A DNA stretch of 64,000 nucleotides from Candidatus Onthoplasma sp. (GCA_965646995.1 CBFGBH010000002.1:75953-139952); one strand, 5' to 3'. Numbered from the stretch's first letter, positions 1 through 9,042 are shown. The notes: generated by a model from the sequence alone, not told the origin. Numbers and translations are program-made.

Positions 1-1685
1 TCGTCAATCATAGCTTTGACTTTACATAGGCTTATTCCAGATACTATAGTATCTCCTATATGGAGTGAACCATCTCTTACTATTAATGATGCTACAGCTC
101 CTTTTCCTTTATCAAGACGAGCCTCAATAATAGTACCAATAGCCGGAACTTTTGGATTAGCTTTTAATTCTTGCATATCAGCGACTAATAAGATAGTCTC
201 TAATAATTTATCAATACCCTCACCTGTGTGTGCGGAAATTTTACAAATTATTGCATCTCCGCCCCATGCTTCTGGTAATACATTATGCTCTGCTAATTGT
301 TGCATTACTTTATCAGGGTCTGCTTGAGGTTTATCCATTTTATTAATAGCTACTATCATAGGTATATTGGCAGATTTGATATGATTAATTGCTTCCACAG
401 TCTGTGGCATTATACCATCATCAGCAGCCACAATTAGTATTGCTATATCAGTCACAGAAGCTCCTCTAGCGCGCATTGCAGTAAATGCTTCATGCCCAGG
501 AGTATCTATGAAAGTAATAGATTTGTCCTTAACACTGACTTTATAAGCACCGATGGCCTGTGTAATTCCACCAGCTTCTCCGAGCGAGACCTTAGTTTTA
601 CGAATATAGTCTAGCAAACTGGTTTTACCATGGTCTACATGTCCCATCACAGTGACAATAGGTGGACGGACTACAGCTTCTGTATCGTCGTATGACCTAA
701 TGGTCTTTTGTACTTCTTGTAATTTCTCTTCACTAGTCTTGTCAAGTTTTTGAATTAATTCTACACCCATATCTGACAATATTAATTCTGCTGTAGCATA
801 ATCAACTGTAGAATTGATGGTAACCATCATACCAAGGAGCATAAATTTCTTGATAATTTCACTAACTGGTCTGCCACTAACTTCTGACAGTAGTTTAATA
901 GTAATATTATCGGTAGTGATAATAGCTGGTCCTTGTGGGCGTTCAATTTTAGTCTGAATAGCCTCTTTTTTCTTCTTTACCTTACGATTGATAATTCTAT
1001 CTTCGTCAGACTGAGTATCAATCATTCCTCGCTTCAATAAATCACGTTTAGAGTATTGTCTCTTCTCTTCAAATTTTTCGCCTTCTTTTTTCTTGTTGCC
1101 AAAATTCCTAGCTGGACTAGCGGTGATAACTGGTTGTGTATAGTTGATGCTAGGTCGTTTTAAATTATCCTTATTAAATGGTGGACGTTGATTTGTATTC
1201 GGTCTATCACTATTTGGTCTGAAATTATTATTGTATGGCCGTTGACCATTATTGTTTTGTTGTCTCTGATTATATGGTCTATTTTGATAATTTCTATTGT
1301 TACCATTCTGATTATTTTGATTTCGGTTCTGATAGTTATTAAATCTATTTTGTTGATAATTATTTTGCTGATAAGGACGATTATTATTTTTATTGTTAGA
1401 TGGGCTAACGGGTTTTACAGGCTCTATTGGAGTCGCAATAATTGGATTTTCAGACAAAACTACAGAAGGTGATTCTTCCTTCTTCTCTACCTTTTCAATC
1501 AACTTCTTAGATTCAAGTGATAATAGGTTATTTTCCTTTTCTTTCACAGAACGGGTGAGCATATTCATCTCGCCCTTCAAATTATAGAATTTCTCTGCTA
1601 AACTGATAATCATCTTATCTTTAACCATTGCTTGAAGTTGCTTGATAGCTTTATTAAATTCTTGATTTTTAGTAGTATTAGTCAA
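1..1685 (-). CDS. infB: Translation initiation factor IF-2 (N-terminal ~560 codons; C-terminus runs off the window start)
   Basis: Absent from the ORF track because it is open at the window edge. My minus-strand translation gives [22 protein letters not shown] and NKMD G-domain motifs. Follows nusA-ylxR-ylxQ as in Bacillus. Start probably TTG at 1685 (AAGGAG 10 nt upstream), alternatively ATG at 1628. Confidence 0.9.
   Translation of the reverse strand, partial: MTNTTKNQEFNKAIKQLQAMVKDKMIISLAEKFYNLKGEMNMLTRSVKEKENNLLSLESKKLIEKVEKKEESPSVVLSENPIIATPIEPVKPVSPSNNKNNNRPYQQNNYQQNRFNNYQNRNQNNQNGNNRNYQNRPYNQRQQNNNGQRPYNNNFRPNSDRPNTNQRPPFNKDNLKRPSINYTQPVITASPARNFGNKKKEGEKFEEKRQYSKRDLLKRGMIDTQSDEDRIINRKVKKKKEAIQTKIERPQGPAIITTDNITIKLLSEVSGRPVSEIIKKFMLLGMMVTINSTVDYATAELILSDMGVELIQKLDKTSEEKLQEVQKTIRSYDDTEAVVRPPIVTVMGHVDHGKTSLLDYIRKTKVSLGEAGGITQAIGAYKVSVKDKSITFIDTPGHEAFTAMRARGASVTDIAILIVAADDGIMPQTVEAINHIKSANIPMIVAINKMDKPQADPDKVMQQLAEHNVLPEAWGGDAIICKISAHTGEGIDKLLETILLVADMQELKANPKVPAIGTIIEARLDKGKGAVASLIVRDGSLHIGDTIVSGISLCKVKAMID
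1165..1400 (-). repeat. Asn/Gln/Arg/Tyr-rich low-complexity coding segment in the IF-2 N-terminal region
   Basis: My translation reads [62 protein letters not shown]... It also generates the spurious plus-strand ORF 1188..1472. Confidence 0.8.
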
Positions 1686-1977
1686 TATTTATAATCTCCT
1701 TATTATTTATAATTGCCTTAGCTAAATTTTCATCGGTTAAAGCAATAATTTTAATATCCTTTATATGTGTTAAATCTTCTAAATCAGGTTTCGTAACGAT
1801 ACATTCGCAAGCATGTTTATTAGCCACATTTCTTGCTAATGATTTTAGATTTTCACTTGCATTAGACGATACTAAAATTAAATTTATTTGTTTTTTTGCA
1901 AGTTTAATTGCCGTTTGTCCTGTAATCACATGATTAGCCTTGATGGCAAATCCTATATAACTAATTATCTTTTTCAT
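1678..1977 (-). CDS. ylxQ: L7Ae-family RNA-binding protein (YlxQ-like)
   Basis: 99 aa. Lies between ylxR and infB, as in the Bacillus nusA operon. Size and sequence (IGFAIKANHVITGQ, LILVSSNASEN) fit YlxQ. Confidence 0.8.
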   Translation of the reverse strand: MKKIISYIGFAIKANHVITGQTAIKLAKKQINLILVSSNASENLKSLARNVANKHACECIVTKPDLEDLTHIKDIKIIALTDENLAKAIINNKEIINID

Positions 1978-2218
1978 ATTCCTTTATTTTCTCATAAAGA
2001 GAGGCGTCGATATTTGTTTTGAATGCACGATTGAAGAGATGTTTTTTTATAGCAAGATTGATACAATTATTATCTAAACATACGTATGCTCCGCGTCCGC
2101 CTAATTTATGCTCTGAATCTATAATGTATTCATTATTGATTCGTGATATCCGTAGCATTTCATTTTGTTGTTTAGTTTGCCTACATGCAACACATCTGCG
2201 TTCTCTTTTAATATGCAT
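1961..2218 (-). CDS. ylxR: YlxR/DUF448 RNA-binding protein
   Basis: 85 aa with RRCVACRQ...ML R motif and GRGAYVC. Sits immediately downstream of nusA. Confidence 0.85.
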   Translation of the reverse strand: MHIKRERRCVACRQTKQQNEMLRISRINNEYIIDSEHKLGGRGAYVCLDNNCINLAIKKHLFNRAFKTNIDASLYEKIKEYEKDN

Positions 2219-2225
2219 ATCTCTC

Positions 2226-3353
2226 CTACTCGTCTATGTCACTAAAGAAGTCATCATCTAGAATAATATTAGCACTATTCGATGCAACAACATCGCTAGA
2301 CTTGTTTTCTACCACATGTCCCACAACTGGTTTAACATCAATTTTATAACCAGTAAGTTTAGCAGCCAAGCGTACATTGTGACCACCTTTGCCTATTGCT
2401 AACGATAATTTATTTTCAGGAACTAATACATTGGCTACACCTGCAGCTGTATCAACTGTAATTTCGCTGACTTCAGCTGGACTTAATGCAGCTACAATAT
2501 AATCTGCTGGATTTTCGCTGAAATTGACTATATCAATTTTCTCTCCATTGAGTTCGTTGATGACGCTATTAATTCTAGCACCTTTATTTCCGATACAAGC
2601 ACCTACAGGGTCTAAGTTGGTAACTGTAGTGCTAACTGCAATCTTAGTGCGCATACCTGCCTCACGCACCAACCCAACTATACTAACATCTCCGTTATTT
2701 AGTTCTGGGACTTCCATTTCTAGCAACATTTGAACGAAATTAGGGTGAGTACGAGTAACTTGAACTACGGTCCCTCTAAAGTCATCTTTAATATGACGCA
2801 CATATACCTTAACTCTATCGCCCGGTTTAAAATGGTCGGTCGGTAACATGTCTCGCTTAGTAAGTAAACCTTCTAGTGTCGTGCCACCAATCTCTAAATA
2901 GACATTGTCTACGTCCAATCGTTTAACATTCGCTACGATTAATTTGCCTTCTTTATCCGCTATATCTTTATAGATAGATTGTTTTTCGATCTCTTTAATT
3001 TTCTGTGTGATGACTTGTTTTGCTGTCTGGACTGCGATACGATTGAAATCTTTGGTGCTCTCTTCCTGCATTACCATGTCACCCAACTTATATGCGTGCT
3101 TGATTTGTCGAGCTTCTTCTAGAGAAATTTCTTTCTCTTCATCTTCGACTTCGGCTACTACTGTACGATAAGAATATATTTTAATGGTATTCTTCTCTGG
3201 GTTTAATTTTACTTGTGCATTTTTTGCCATTCCACTATTCTTTTTATATGCTGCAGTTAGTGCCTGTTCTAGAGCTGAAATGAAAACTTCCTCATTGATT
3301 CCGCGCTCCGTCTGTAAATCTTTTAATGCTTCAAAAAAATCTTTATTAACCAT
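2226..3353 (-). CDS. nusA: Transcription termination/antitermination factor NusA
   Basis: 375 aa. S1-like region plus two KH GxxG motifs (GACIGNKGARI, AIGKGGHNVRLA). rimP lies upstream. Confidence 0.95.
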   Translation of the reverse strand: MVNKDFFEALKDLQTERGINEEVFISALEQALTAAYKKNSGMAKNAQVKLNPEKNTIKIYSYRTVVAEVEDEEKEISLEEARQIKHAYKLGDMVMQEESTKDFNRIAVQTAKQVITQKIKEIEKQSIYKDIADKEGKLIVANVKRLDVDNVYLEIGGTTLEGLLTKRDMLPTDHFKPGDRVKVYVRHIKDDFRGTVVQVTRTHPNFVQMLLEMEVPELNNGDVSIVGLVREAGMRTKIAVSTTVTNLDPVGACIGNKGARINSVINELNGEKIDIVNFSENPADYIVAALSPAEVSEITVDTAAGVANVLVPENKLSLAIGKGGHNVRLAAKLTGYKIDVKPVVGHVVENKSSDVVASNSANIILDDDFFSDIDE

Positions 3354-3363
3354 ATTATACTCC

Positions 3364-3822
3364 TTAAAACTCTATATGCGGTGTGATATAAGCAATATCT
3401 ACACTCTGAATAGTAATAATTTCATCATTTAGTTTGAATTGAACAGCTTTCTTATCATTATCATTAGATATTAATGTAGCTGTAAATTCTTTAAGACTAT
3501 TTAATTTTCTATATAATTTAACATCTACTTCTTTATTCTGATATCTTTTGAATTGCCAGTCATATTTAAGAGGTTTATCTAATCCATAGCTCGACACATC
3601 TAAGACATATTTCGCATCATTAGTCGGATTAAGTTCTTCTAAGATAGGGTCAATGAGATGATTAACTTCGACACAGTCATCTATTGATACTCCGCCCTCT
3701 TTATCAATATACACTATTAAATGCATACCGTCGTTCTTCTTAGTATACTCTACTTCTACTAACTTTAACTCTCCTTTAAACAATGGGAGAATATTTTCAT
3801 AAACTAAATCTGAAACTTTCAT
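3364..3822 (-). CDS. rimP: Ribosome maturation factor RimP
   Basis: ORF trimmed to MKVSDLVYEN, with AGGAG upstream. The longer tracked ORF reads through the leader hairpin. Precedes nusA as expected. Confidence 0.85.
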   Translation of the reverse strand: MKVSDLVYENILPLFKGELKLVEVEYTKKNDGMHLIVYIDKEGGVSIDDCVEVNHLIDPILEELNPTNDAKYVLDVSSYGLDKPLKYDWQFKRYQNKEVDVKLYRKLNSLKEFTATLISNDNDKKAVQFKLNDEIITIQSVDIAYITPHIEF

Positions 3823-3842
3823 ATTACTCCTATAAATTAAGT

Positions 3843-3865
3843 TAGGAGTGGCACCGCCACTCCTA
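3843..3865 (-). promoter_or_regulatory. GC-rich 10-bp hairpin in the rimP-nusA-infB leader (candidate attenuator)
   Basis: TAGGAGTGGC / GCCACTCCTA with a 3-nt loop, between the promoter (3878..3906) and the rimP RBS. Followed by an interrupted U-tract (AACUUAAUUUAU). Confidence 0.5.
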
Positions 3866-3877
3866 GTAATCAATTAT

Positions 3878-3906
3878 ATTATATCATATTATTTTTTCTT
3901 TTGCAA
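3878..3906 (-). promoter_or_regulatory. Sigma-A type promoter of the rimP-nusA-ylxR-ylxQ-infB operon
   Basis: -35 TTGCAA (3906..3901), 17-nt spacer, TGA-TATAAT (-10 at 3883..3878). Confidence 0.7.
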
Positions 3907-3912
3907 TACTTT

Positions 3913-5430
3913 TTACATTAATTTTATAAAAACTTTTGCAGTAGCGGTAGCATCATTGATTGCTCTATGTGCATTCTCAAGCGTTATGTTAAGTTTATCA
4001 ACTATAGTACCCAATTTGTAATTTCTTAGTCCTGGTAATTTATTTTTTGCCATTTCTAAAGTATCCATAAGTGGATGGTCAAAATTATAAGATAATTTTT
4101 TAGCGGCAGTATATATAAATGATATATCGAAAGAAATGTTATGTGCTACCAAAGTTGCATTGGCACAGAATTTATAAAAATCAGGCAAAACATAATTTAT
4201 ACTAGGGGCATCGGCTACCATATCATCGGTTATACCTGTAATGTTGACTATTTCGTTAGAGATATGTCGATTTGGTTTAACGAAACTAGAAAAAGTCTCA
4301 GTGATTCTGCCATGCTCTACTTTACATGCACCTATCTCTATTATCTCATCTTTATTTGACTCTAATCCAGTAGTTTCTAGGTCGAATACGACATATGTAC
4401 CTGCAAAATCCTTGGTTTCTTCATCAAATAAGCCGCTTTGTTCGTAATCAATATATTCTTTTGGCTTCACTGTATGATAACTATCATTTACTTGTTTATA
4501 CGCTGATTTAATCTCTTCTCTTCTATATTCGCAGCGAGCTATACTATTAGCATTGAAATTTAGCTTACCATTAAATTCACGGAACGAACCGAGACATGAG
4601 ACTTTCATTCCTACTTCTATAAGGTCGCCTTTCGACTCATCTGCTTGTTTTGGGAATATTGAGCAGTACAAGAATTTATTTTCATTTTTGATACTAAATG
4701 AATAATAATTTCGTTCAATATCTTTACTCTCTCCATTCTTTGTGAATTTACGAGTGTAAGTTCTACGTTGAATATTGGTCACTTCGCCACATATTACTAC
4801 ATTTTCTACGGGAGAAGTTATTTTAGTTAAATCTATAGCTAACGAATAATCATTTTTACCAATAATGTCAACTATATCGCTTAACTCAAATACAGTCTTA
4901 TTCTCTGCTTCTTTGATTGACGACATAAGTTCCATGTTTTTTTCTATATAATTGGACTCTATATCTGAAGTTGTCTTTTTCTCAAATATTACTTTGAAGT
5001 CAGCTAAAAAACTTTCTTTCAATTTTTCTGCTACTAATTCCTCCCTATTTAGACTAGTGGCATATTCATACGAAGAAGGTGAAAGTGCTAATCTTAAATT
5101 TACATTCAAATTATTAATATCTACTGAAACATCATTAAAAGTAAAATCCTTCGATATAGCTGGAAAATTATTGATAATAGTAGTATAAGTATGATTAGCT
5201 ATTGCTCGTTTATCCAGCGGACAATTAATGAATGACAATTCAAATTTAACGATATTACCTATTATCTCATTTAAAGTTTTTATGATAGTTTGTTTATTAT
5301 CGTTTGTGGGTTTAAAATTCTCTGGATTATATAAAAAACATATAGTACATAAATTGTTTTTTTCAGAATACACAGCTTCTTTAAATTTGAGCCCTTCATA
5401 TAAATTATCTAATATACTTAATCTATCCAT
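3913..5430 (-). CDS. PolC-type OB-fold plus DEDDh 3'-5' exonuclease protein lacking the PHP and polymerase core (505 aa)
   Basis: C-terminal ~165 aa carry the PolC/DnaQ exonuclease motifs YVVFDLETTGL, LVAHNISFD and HRAINDATATA. My by-eye comparison with the B. subtilis PolC exonuclease insert recalled from memory shows close similarity. aa ~205-300 look like the PolC OB region. Occupies the polC position between rseP and rimP. Confidence 0.8.
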   Translation of the reverse strand: MDRLSILDNLYEGLKFKEAVYSEKNNLCTICFLYNPENFKPTNDNKQTIIKTLNEIIGNIVKFELSFINCPLDKRAIANHTYTTIINNFPAISKDFTFNDVSVDINNLNVNLRLALSPSSYEYATSLNREELVAEKLKESFLADFKVIFEKKTTSDIESNYIEKNMELMSSIKEAENKTVFELSDIVDIIGKNDYSLAIDLTKITSPVENVVICGEVTNIQRRTYTRKFTKNGESKDIERNYYSFSIKNENKFLYCSIFPKQADESKGDLIEVGMKVSCLGSFREFNGKLNFNANSIARCEYRREEIKSAYKQVNDSYHTVKPKEYIDYEQSGLFDEETKDFAGTYVVFDLETTGLESNKDEIIEIGACKVEHGRITETFSSFVKPNRHISNEIVNITGITDDMVADAPSINYVLPDFYKFCANATLVAHNISFDISFIYTAAKKLSYNFDHPLMDTLEMAKNKLPGLRNYKLGTIVDKLNITLENAHRAINDATATAKVFIKLM

Positions 5431-5436
5431 ATGTAC

Positions 5437-5465
5437 ATTATATCAAAAAATGTCGAGAGTGTCAA
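5437..5465 (-). promoter_or_regulatory. Consensus promoter positioned for a leaderless transcript of the PolC-like gene
   Basis: -35 TTGACA (5465..5460, inside the rseP terminator loop), 17-nt spacer, TGA-TATAAT (5442..5437), 6 nt (GTACAT), then ATG at 5430. No Shine-Dalgarno. Confidence 0.7.
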
Positions 5466-5479
5466 TAATGCTCTCGACA
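5445..5479 (-). terminator. Rho-independent terminator after rseP
   Basis: 9-bp stem UGUCGAGAG / CUCUCGACA, 11-nt loop, followed by a U6 run on the minus strand. Confidence 0.8.
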
Positions 5480-5484
5480 TGTAT

Positions 5485-6654
5485 CTAAAACTTAGGTATA
5501 AAATGAATTACATCAATCACTACTACCAAGCCCAGTAGTACTAATAAACCTATATTATTAATAGCATTGATTACTTTTCTATTAATAGGTTTTTTCCTAA
5601 CCCACTCTATAGCTACGAATATCATCTGACAGCCATCTAATGCTGGTATAGGTAATAAATTAAATACTCCTAAATTTACTGCTATAGCTGGTAACAGAAC
5701 TAATAAGTAACCCGCACTAGTCTGCTCTGCCATAACTTTTATCGTAGTCACAGGTCCACCGAGTGATGGAATGATTTGAGAAGGATTGACAAATATTTGC
5801 CCTACGATTAATAAAATCTTCCATGCCCATTTGAATGTAAAAGGCACACATTCTTTTAAAGCTTCACCAAAATTGTATTTATATGCTGAGATAGCAAATT
5901 CATTCGTCTCTGCATCCTCTGTCGCAAGTAGTGACCAGCCTACATATTCGTCTGCCTCGTTGTATATTGCATTAGCATAACCATCGACTGTCGTGTATTT
6001 ACCATTTCGTCTAATATTGAATTTAATTGAACATTGATTCATATAGTATCTTTCGCCATCTTTTAAATAAGAATATTGCTTTTCTTTATTACCCGTATTA
6101 ACTGGATATTTGCTTTTAAGACGGATACTAATCAATGAACCTAAATTCTTATCATAGACAAAATTAATTTTATTGTCATCAACACCATATATGACATCTT
6201 CTGCTTGTAAAACTTCATAGTTGATAGAGTTTGGTTCTACTGCACGAACCTGAACTAAATCGTAACCAGTAGCCATCAGCATGATGAATGAGAAAACCAC
6301 AGCACTAAGCAAATTAAAGAAAGCTCCTGCAAATAATACAATTAATCGTTTCCAAGGGGCTTGACTATTAAACGAATCTTTCGACTCATTACCCTCTTCA
6401 TCTTCGCCTTCGAATGCGCAATAACCGCCAAGCGGAAATAATCTAAGTGAAAATTTTTCTCCGTTTTTCTTAGTTCTCTGAAACAGTTTTGGCCCAAAAC
6501 CGATACTAAATTCATTAATTTTAAATTTTAATATTTTGCCTGCTGTGTAATGACCTAATTCGTGAATTAGTACCATAAATAATAAAACAAGAATAGCTAT
6601 AACGATATAGCCAATAAACTGAAAACTAGAAGCAACACTACAAAAATTAGACAT
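5485..6654 (-). CDS. rseP: RIP zinc metalloprotease RseP/RasP (M50 family)
   Basis: HELGHY zinc motif, NLLPIPALDG motif, hydrophobic termini. Follows cdsA as in Bacillus. Confidence 0.85.
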   Translation of the reverse strand: MSNFCSVASSFQFIGYIVIAILVLLFMVLIHELGHYTAGKILKFKINEFSIGFGPKLFQRTKKNGEKFSLRLFPLGGYCAFEGEDEEGNESKDSFNSQAPWKRLIVLFAGAFFNLLSAVVFSFIMLMATGYDLVQVRAVEPNSINYEVLQAEDVIYGVDDNKINFVYDKNLGSLISIRLKSKYPVNTGNKEKQYSYLKDGERYYMNQCSIKFNIRRNGKYTTVDGYANAIYNEADEYVGWSLLATEDAETNEFAISAYKYNFGEALKECVPFTFKWAWKILLIVGQIFVNPSQIIPSLGGPVTTIKVMAEQTSAGYLLVLLPAIAVNLGVFNLLPIPALDGCQMIFVAIEWVRKKPINRKVINAINNIGLLVLLGLVVVIDVIHFIPKF

Positions 6655-6674
6655 ATATTATATTAATCCTTGCT

Positions 6675-7595
6675 CTATATAATTATAACTAAAGATACAA
6701 TATAAATTACGATAATACAAAATATCATTGCATCTATTCTATCGAGAATACCACCATGTCCGGGTAAAATATTTCCGCTATCTTTCATGTTGGCATTACG
6801 CTTTAATTTACTTTCGAATAAGTCTCCACATTGACATAAAACAGAACCAACTAATCCTATAATTAAGAAATGCCACCATGTCATATTAAATGTATTCAAA
6901 ACCACATTCCAATTAGGTATAAAATACATCAAGCAATAGACAATCATAGCACCAATTATTCCGCCAATTAGTCCACCAATTGCTCCACTTATTGTCTTAT
7001 TTGGACTAATTTTTGGACATAATTTTGGACCTTTTATGCTACATCCGATTAAAAACGCTAAAGAATCAGTTAACCATGTGATAGCGAATACCATTACAAT
7101 AAATGGAACAGAATATCCATCTACCCCGGCAAAGAAATCCATATGGTTGATAATTAAAATTAAGCCTATAATGAATGAGGGATAAATGCAAGTTAATATT
7201 GTATTGTATGCAATATTTAAATTCGTCTTAAATCCATCTTTCCTATTCATAATTGCTACGGTTATTAATATTATTACAAAATATATAAATAGACTTAGAA
7301 ATTCTGCTAATAACACATATAATAAACTAATATAGCCCGTCGCTGTAATAAATAAGTTAAGTGAAATCAGTAGTACGATATAAAAGAAAATAGGATATAT
7401 TAGTGACAGAAATCTATTGTTTCGCTTTTTAGTATTCTCCATTATATTCGACATCTCTATACTAGCTAATAACATGATAGTTAGTATAAATAAATCAAAG
7501 ATATAATCGCCAATATGTAATGGCAAAAATTTACTTGCTACTGCAAGTAATACAGTTAACACAACTGCGCCACTAGTCAATAATCGTTGTTTCAT
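6675..7595 (-). CDS. cdsA: Phosphatidate cytidylyltransferase
   Basis: Polytopic membrane protein with C-terminal signature SKLKRNANMKDSGNILPGHGGILDRID. Follows uppS. Confidence 0.85.
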   Translation of the reverse strand: MKQRLLTSGAVVLTVLLAVASKFLPLHIGDYIFDLFILTIMLLASIEMSNIMENTKKRNNRFLSLIYPIFFYIVLLISLNLFITATGYISLLYVLLAEFLSLFIYFVIILITVAIMNRKDGFKTNLNIAYNTILTCIYPSFIIGLILIINHMDFFAGVDGYSVPFIVMVFAITWLTDSLAFLIGCSIKGPKLCPKISPNKTISGAIGGLIGGIIGAMIVYCLMYFIPNWNVVLNTFNMTWWHFLIIGLVGSVLCQCGDLFESKLKRNANMKDSGNILPGHGGILDRIDAMIFCIIVIYIVSLVIII

Positions 7596-7596
7596 T

Positions 7597-8319
7597 CTAT
7601 CCTTTTATAGCACCAAATCGTCTATTTCGTCTCATATATTTTTTTAAGGCCCTTAATAGATGAGATTTATCAAAACTAGGCCACAATGTTTTGGTATAAT
7701 ACCATTCACTATAAGTTGTTTGCCATGGCATAAAGTTGCTCGAACGCATCTCTCCGGAAGTACGAATAATTAAATCTAATGGCAACATATCATTCGTATA
7801 TAAATATTTCTCAAAATCTACTGAAGTTATACTTTTTTTACCTGAAGAGATAATATCATTTATAGCCTTCACTATCTCCTGCCTTCCACCATAATTGATA
7901 CAAGGATTCAATATAAAACCAGTTTTTGACTCAGTATCTCTTATCAAGGATTTTGCTTTTTCTCTAATCTCGTCAGGTATTCGTTCGTCATCTATGTCGC
8001 CAGAAATTTTAATTCTAACGTCCTTCTCAATATATTCTACTCTAAATTTATCTAGCATTTTATTGAATAAGTCATTCATTAAATAGTTGACTTCTTCTTT
8101 AGGTCTATTCCAATTCTCTGTAGAAAAGCAATATATTGATAGATTTTTTACATTTAGCTTTTGTATAAATTTAATTTGTTTTATCAAGTTATCGAGTCCA
8201 AATTTATGACCGACACTCCTTGGTAATCCCCTACGCTTAGCCCATCTACCATTGCCATCTATGATAAGTGCAATATGTTTAGGCATACGAGGGTCATTCT
8301 TAAATTTATCAATATTCAT
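7597..8319 (-). CDS. uppS: Undecaprenyl-diphosphate synthase (cis-prenyltransferase)
   Basis: IIDGNGRWA and RTSGE..SNF motifs. 240 aa. Confidence 0.95.
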   Translation of the reverse strand: MNIDKFKNDPRMPKHIALIIDGNGRWAKRRGLPRSVGHKFGLDNLIKQIKFIQKLNVKNLSIYCFSTENWNRPKEEVNYLMNDLFNKMLDKFRVEYIEKDVRIKISGDIDDERIPDEIREKAKSLIRDTESKTGFILNPCINYGGRQEIVKAINDIISSGKKSITSVDFEKYLYTNDMLPLDLIIRTSGEMRSSNFMPWQTTYSEWYYTKTLWPSFDKSHLLRALKKYMRRNRRFGAIKG

Positions 8320-8320
8320 T

Positions 8321-8890
8321 TTAAACTTCCATTATTTCTGCGATTTTTTTATCACATGCAGAATCACATTTCGCAGTATATGTGTCAAGTGATTTCTGCA
8401 CATCTTTCTCTATAGATGAATAATCGTCTTCGCTAATCTCACTATTCTTTTTCATAGTCTTGAATGTATCTAAGCAGTCTCTTCTAGAATTTCTCATAAC
8501 TATTTTAGTCTCTTCTAATAGTTTTTTAGCATCACGAGAAAATTCTCTTCTACGCTCTTCGGTAAGAACTGGAAAATTAACTCGTATAATTTTACCATCA
8601 TCGCTGACTGATACTCCTAAATTGGCAGCTTCGATACCAGCACGAATAGCTCGAAGTGTTGACGCATCCCATGGAGATACAACTAACATACGCGCATCTT
8701 GTACAGTAATATTACCTGTTTGATTAATTGGAGTCTTGGTACCGTAATAATCAACTTTGATATTCTCGATTAATTTTGGATTAGCTCTACCAACTCTAAT
8801 TTTCATCAATTCATCAATATAATGATTAAATTGCTTGTCTAAGCTCTCTTCGTATTCCATAAGTGTCATGTCAATATTATCATTATCCAT
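8321..8890 (-). CDS. frr: Ribosome recycling factor
   Basis: 189 aa with typical RRF sequence (RVGRANPKLIENIKVDYYG...). RBS AGGAGAG. Confidence 0.95.
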   Translation of the reverse strand: MDNDNIDMTLMEYEESLDKQFNHYIDELMKIRVGRANPKLIENIKVDYYGTKTPINQTGNITVQDARMLVVSPWDASTLRAIRAGIEAANLGVSVSDDGKIIRVNFPVLTEERRREFSRDAKKLLEETKIVMRNSRRDCLDTFKTMKKNSEISEDDYSSIEKDVQKSLDTYTAKCDSACDKKIAEIMEV

Positions 8891-9000
8891 AATTTCTCTC
8901 CTAATTTAATTATACTAACTAAAATGGTAAAAAATAGCAAGTAATTTAATGCTAAATATTAATTATTTATGAAACAAAAAGGTATCTAAATATACATATA

Positions 9001-9040
9001 AAAAATATATACCACACTTTATATTGTGGTATATATTTTT
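9001..9040 (-). terminator. Rho-independent terminator after tsf
   Basis: 12-bp stem ATATATACCACA / TGTGGTATATAT flanked by A/T runs. Confidence 0.75.
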
Positions 9041-9042
9041 AA

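Noticed and set aside
1188-1587. Plus-strand ORFs 1188..1472 and 1393..1587, and many similar antisense ORFs (e.g. 2019..2261, 9058..9315, 16051..16374, 19203..19403, 33689..34263, 40364..40678, 41438..41862, 49195..50004, 57227..57586)
   Set aside because: All lie antisense to well-supported housekeeping genes, lack RBSs, and have hydrophobic or low-complexity translations typical of shadow ORFs in AT-rich DNA.
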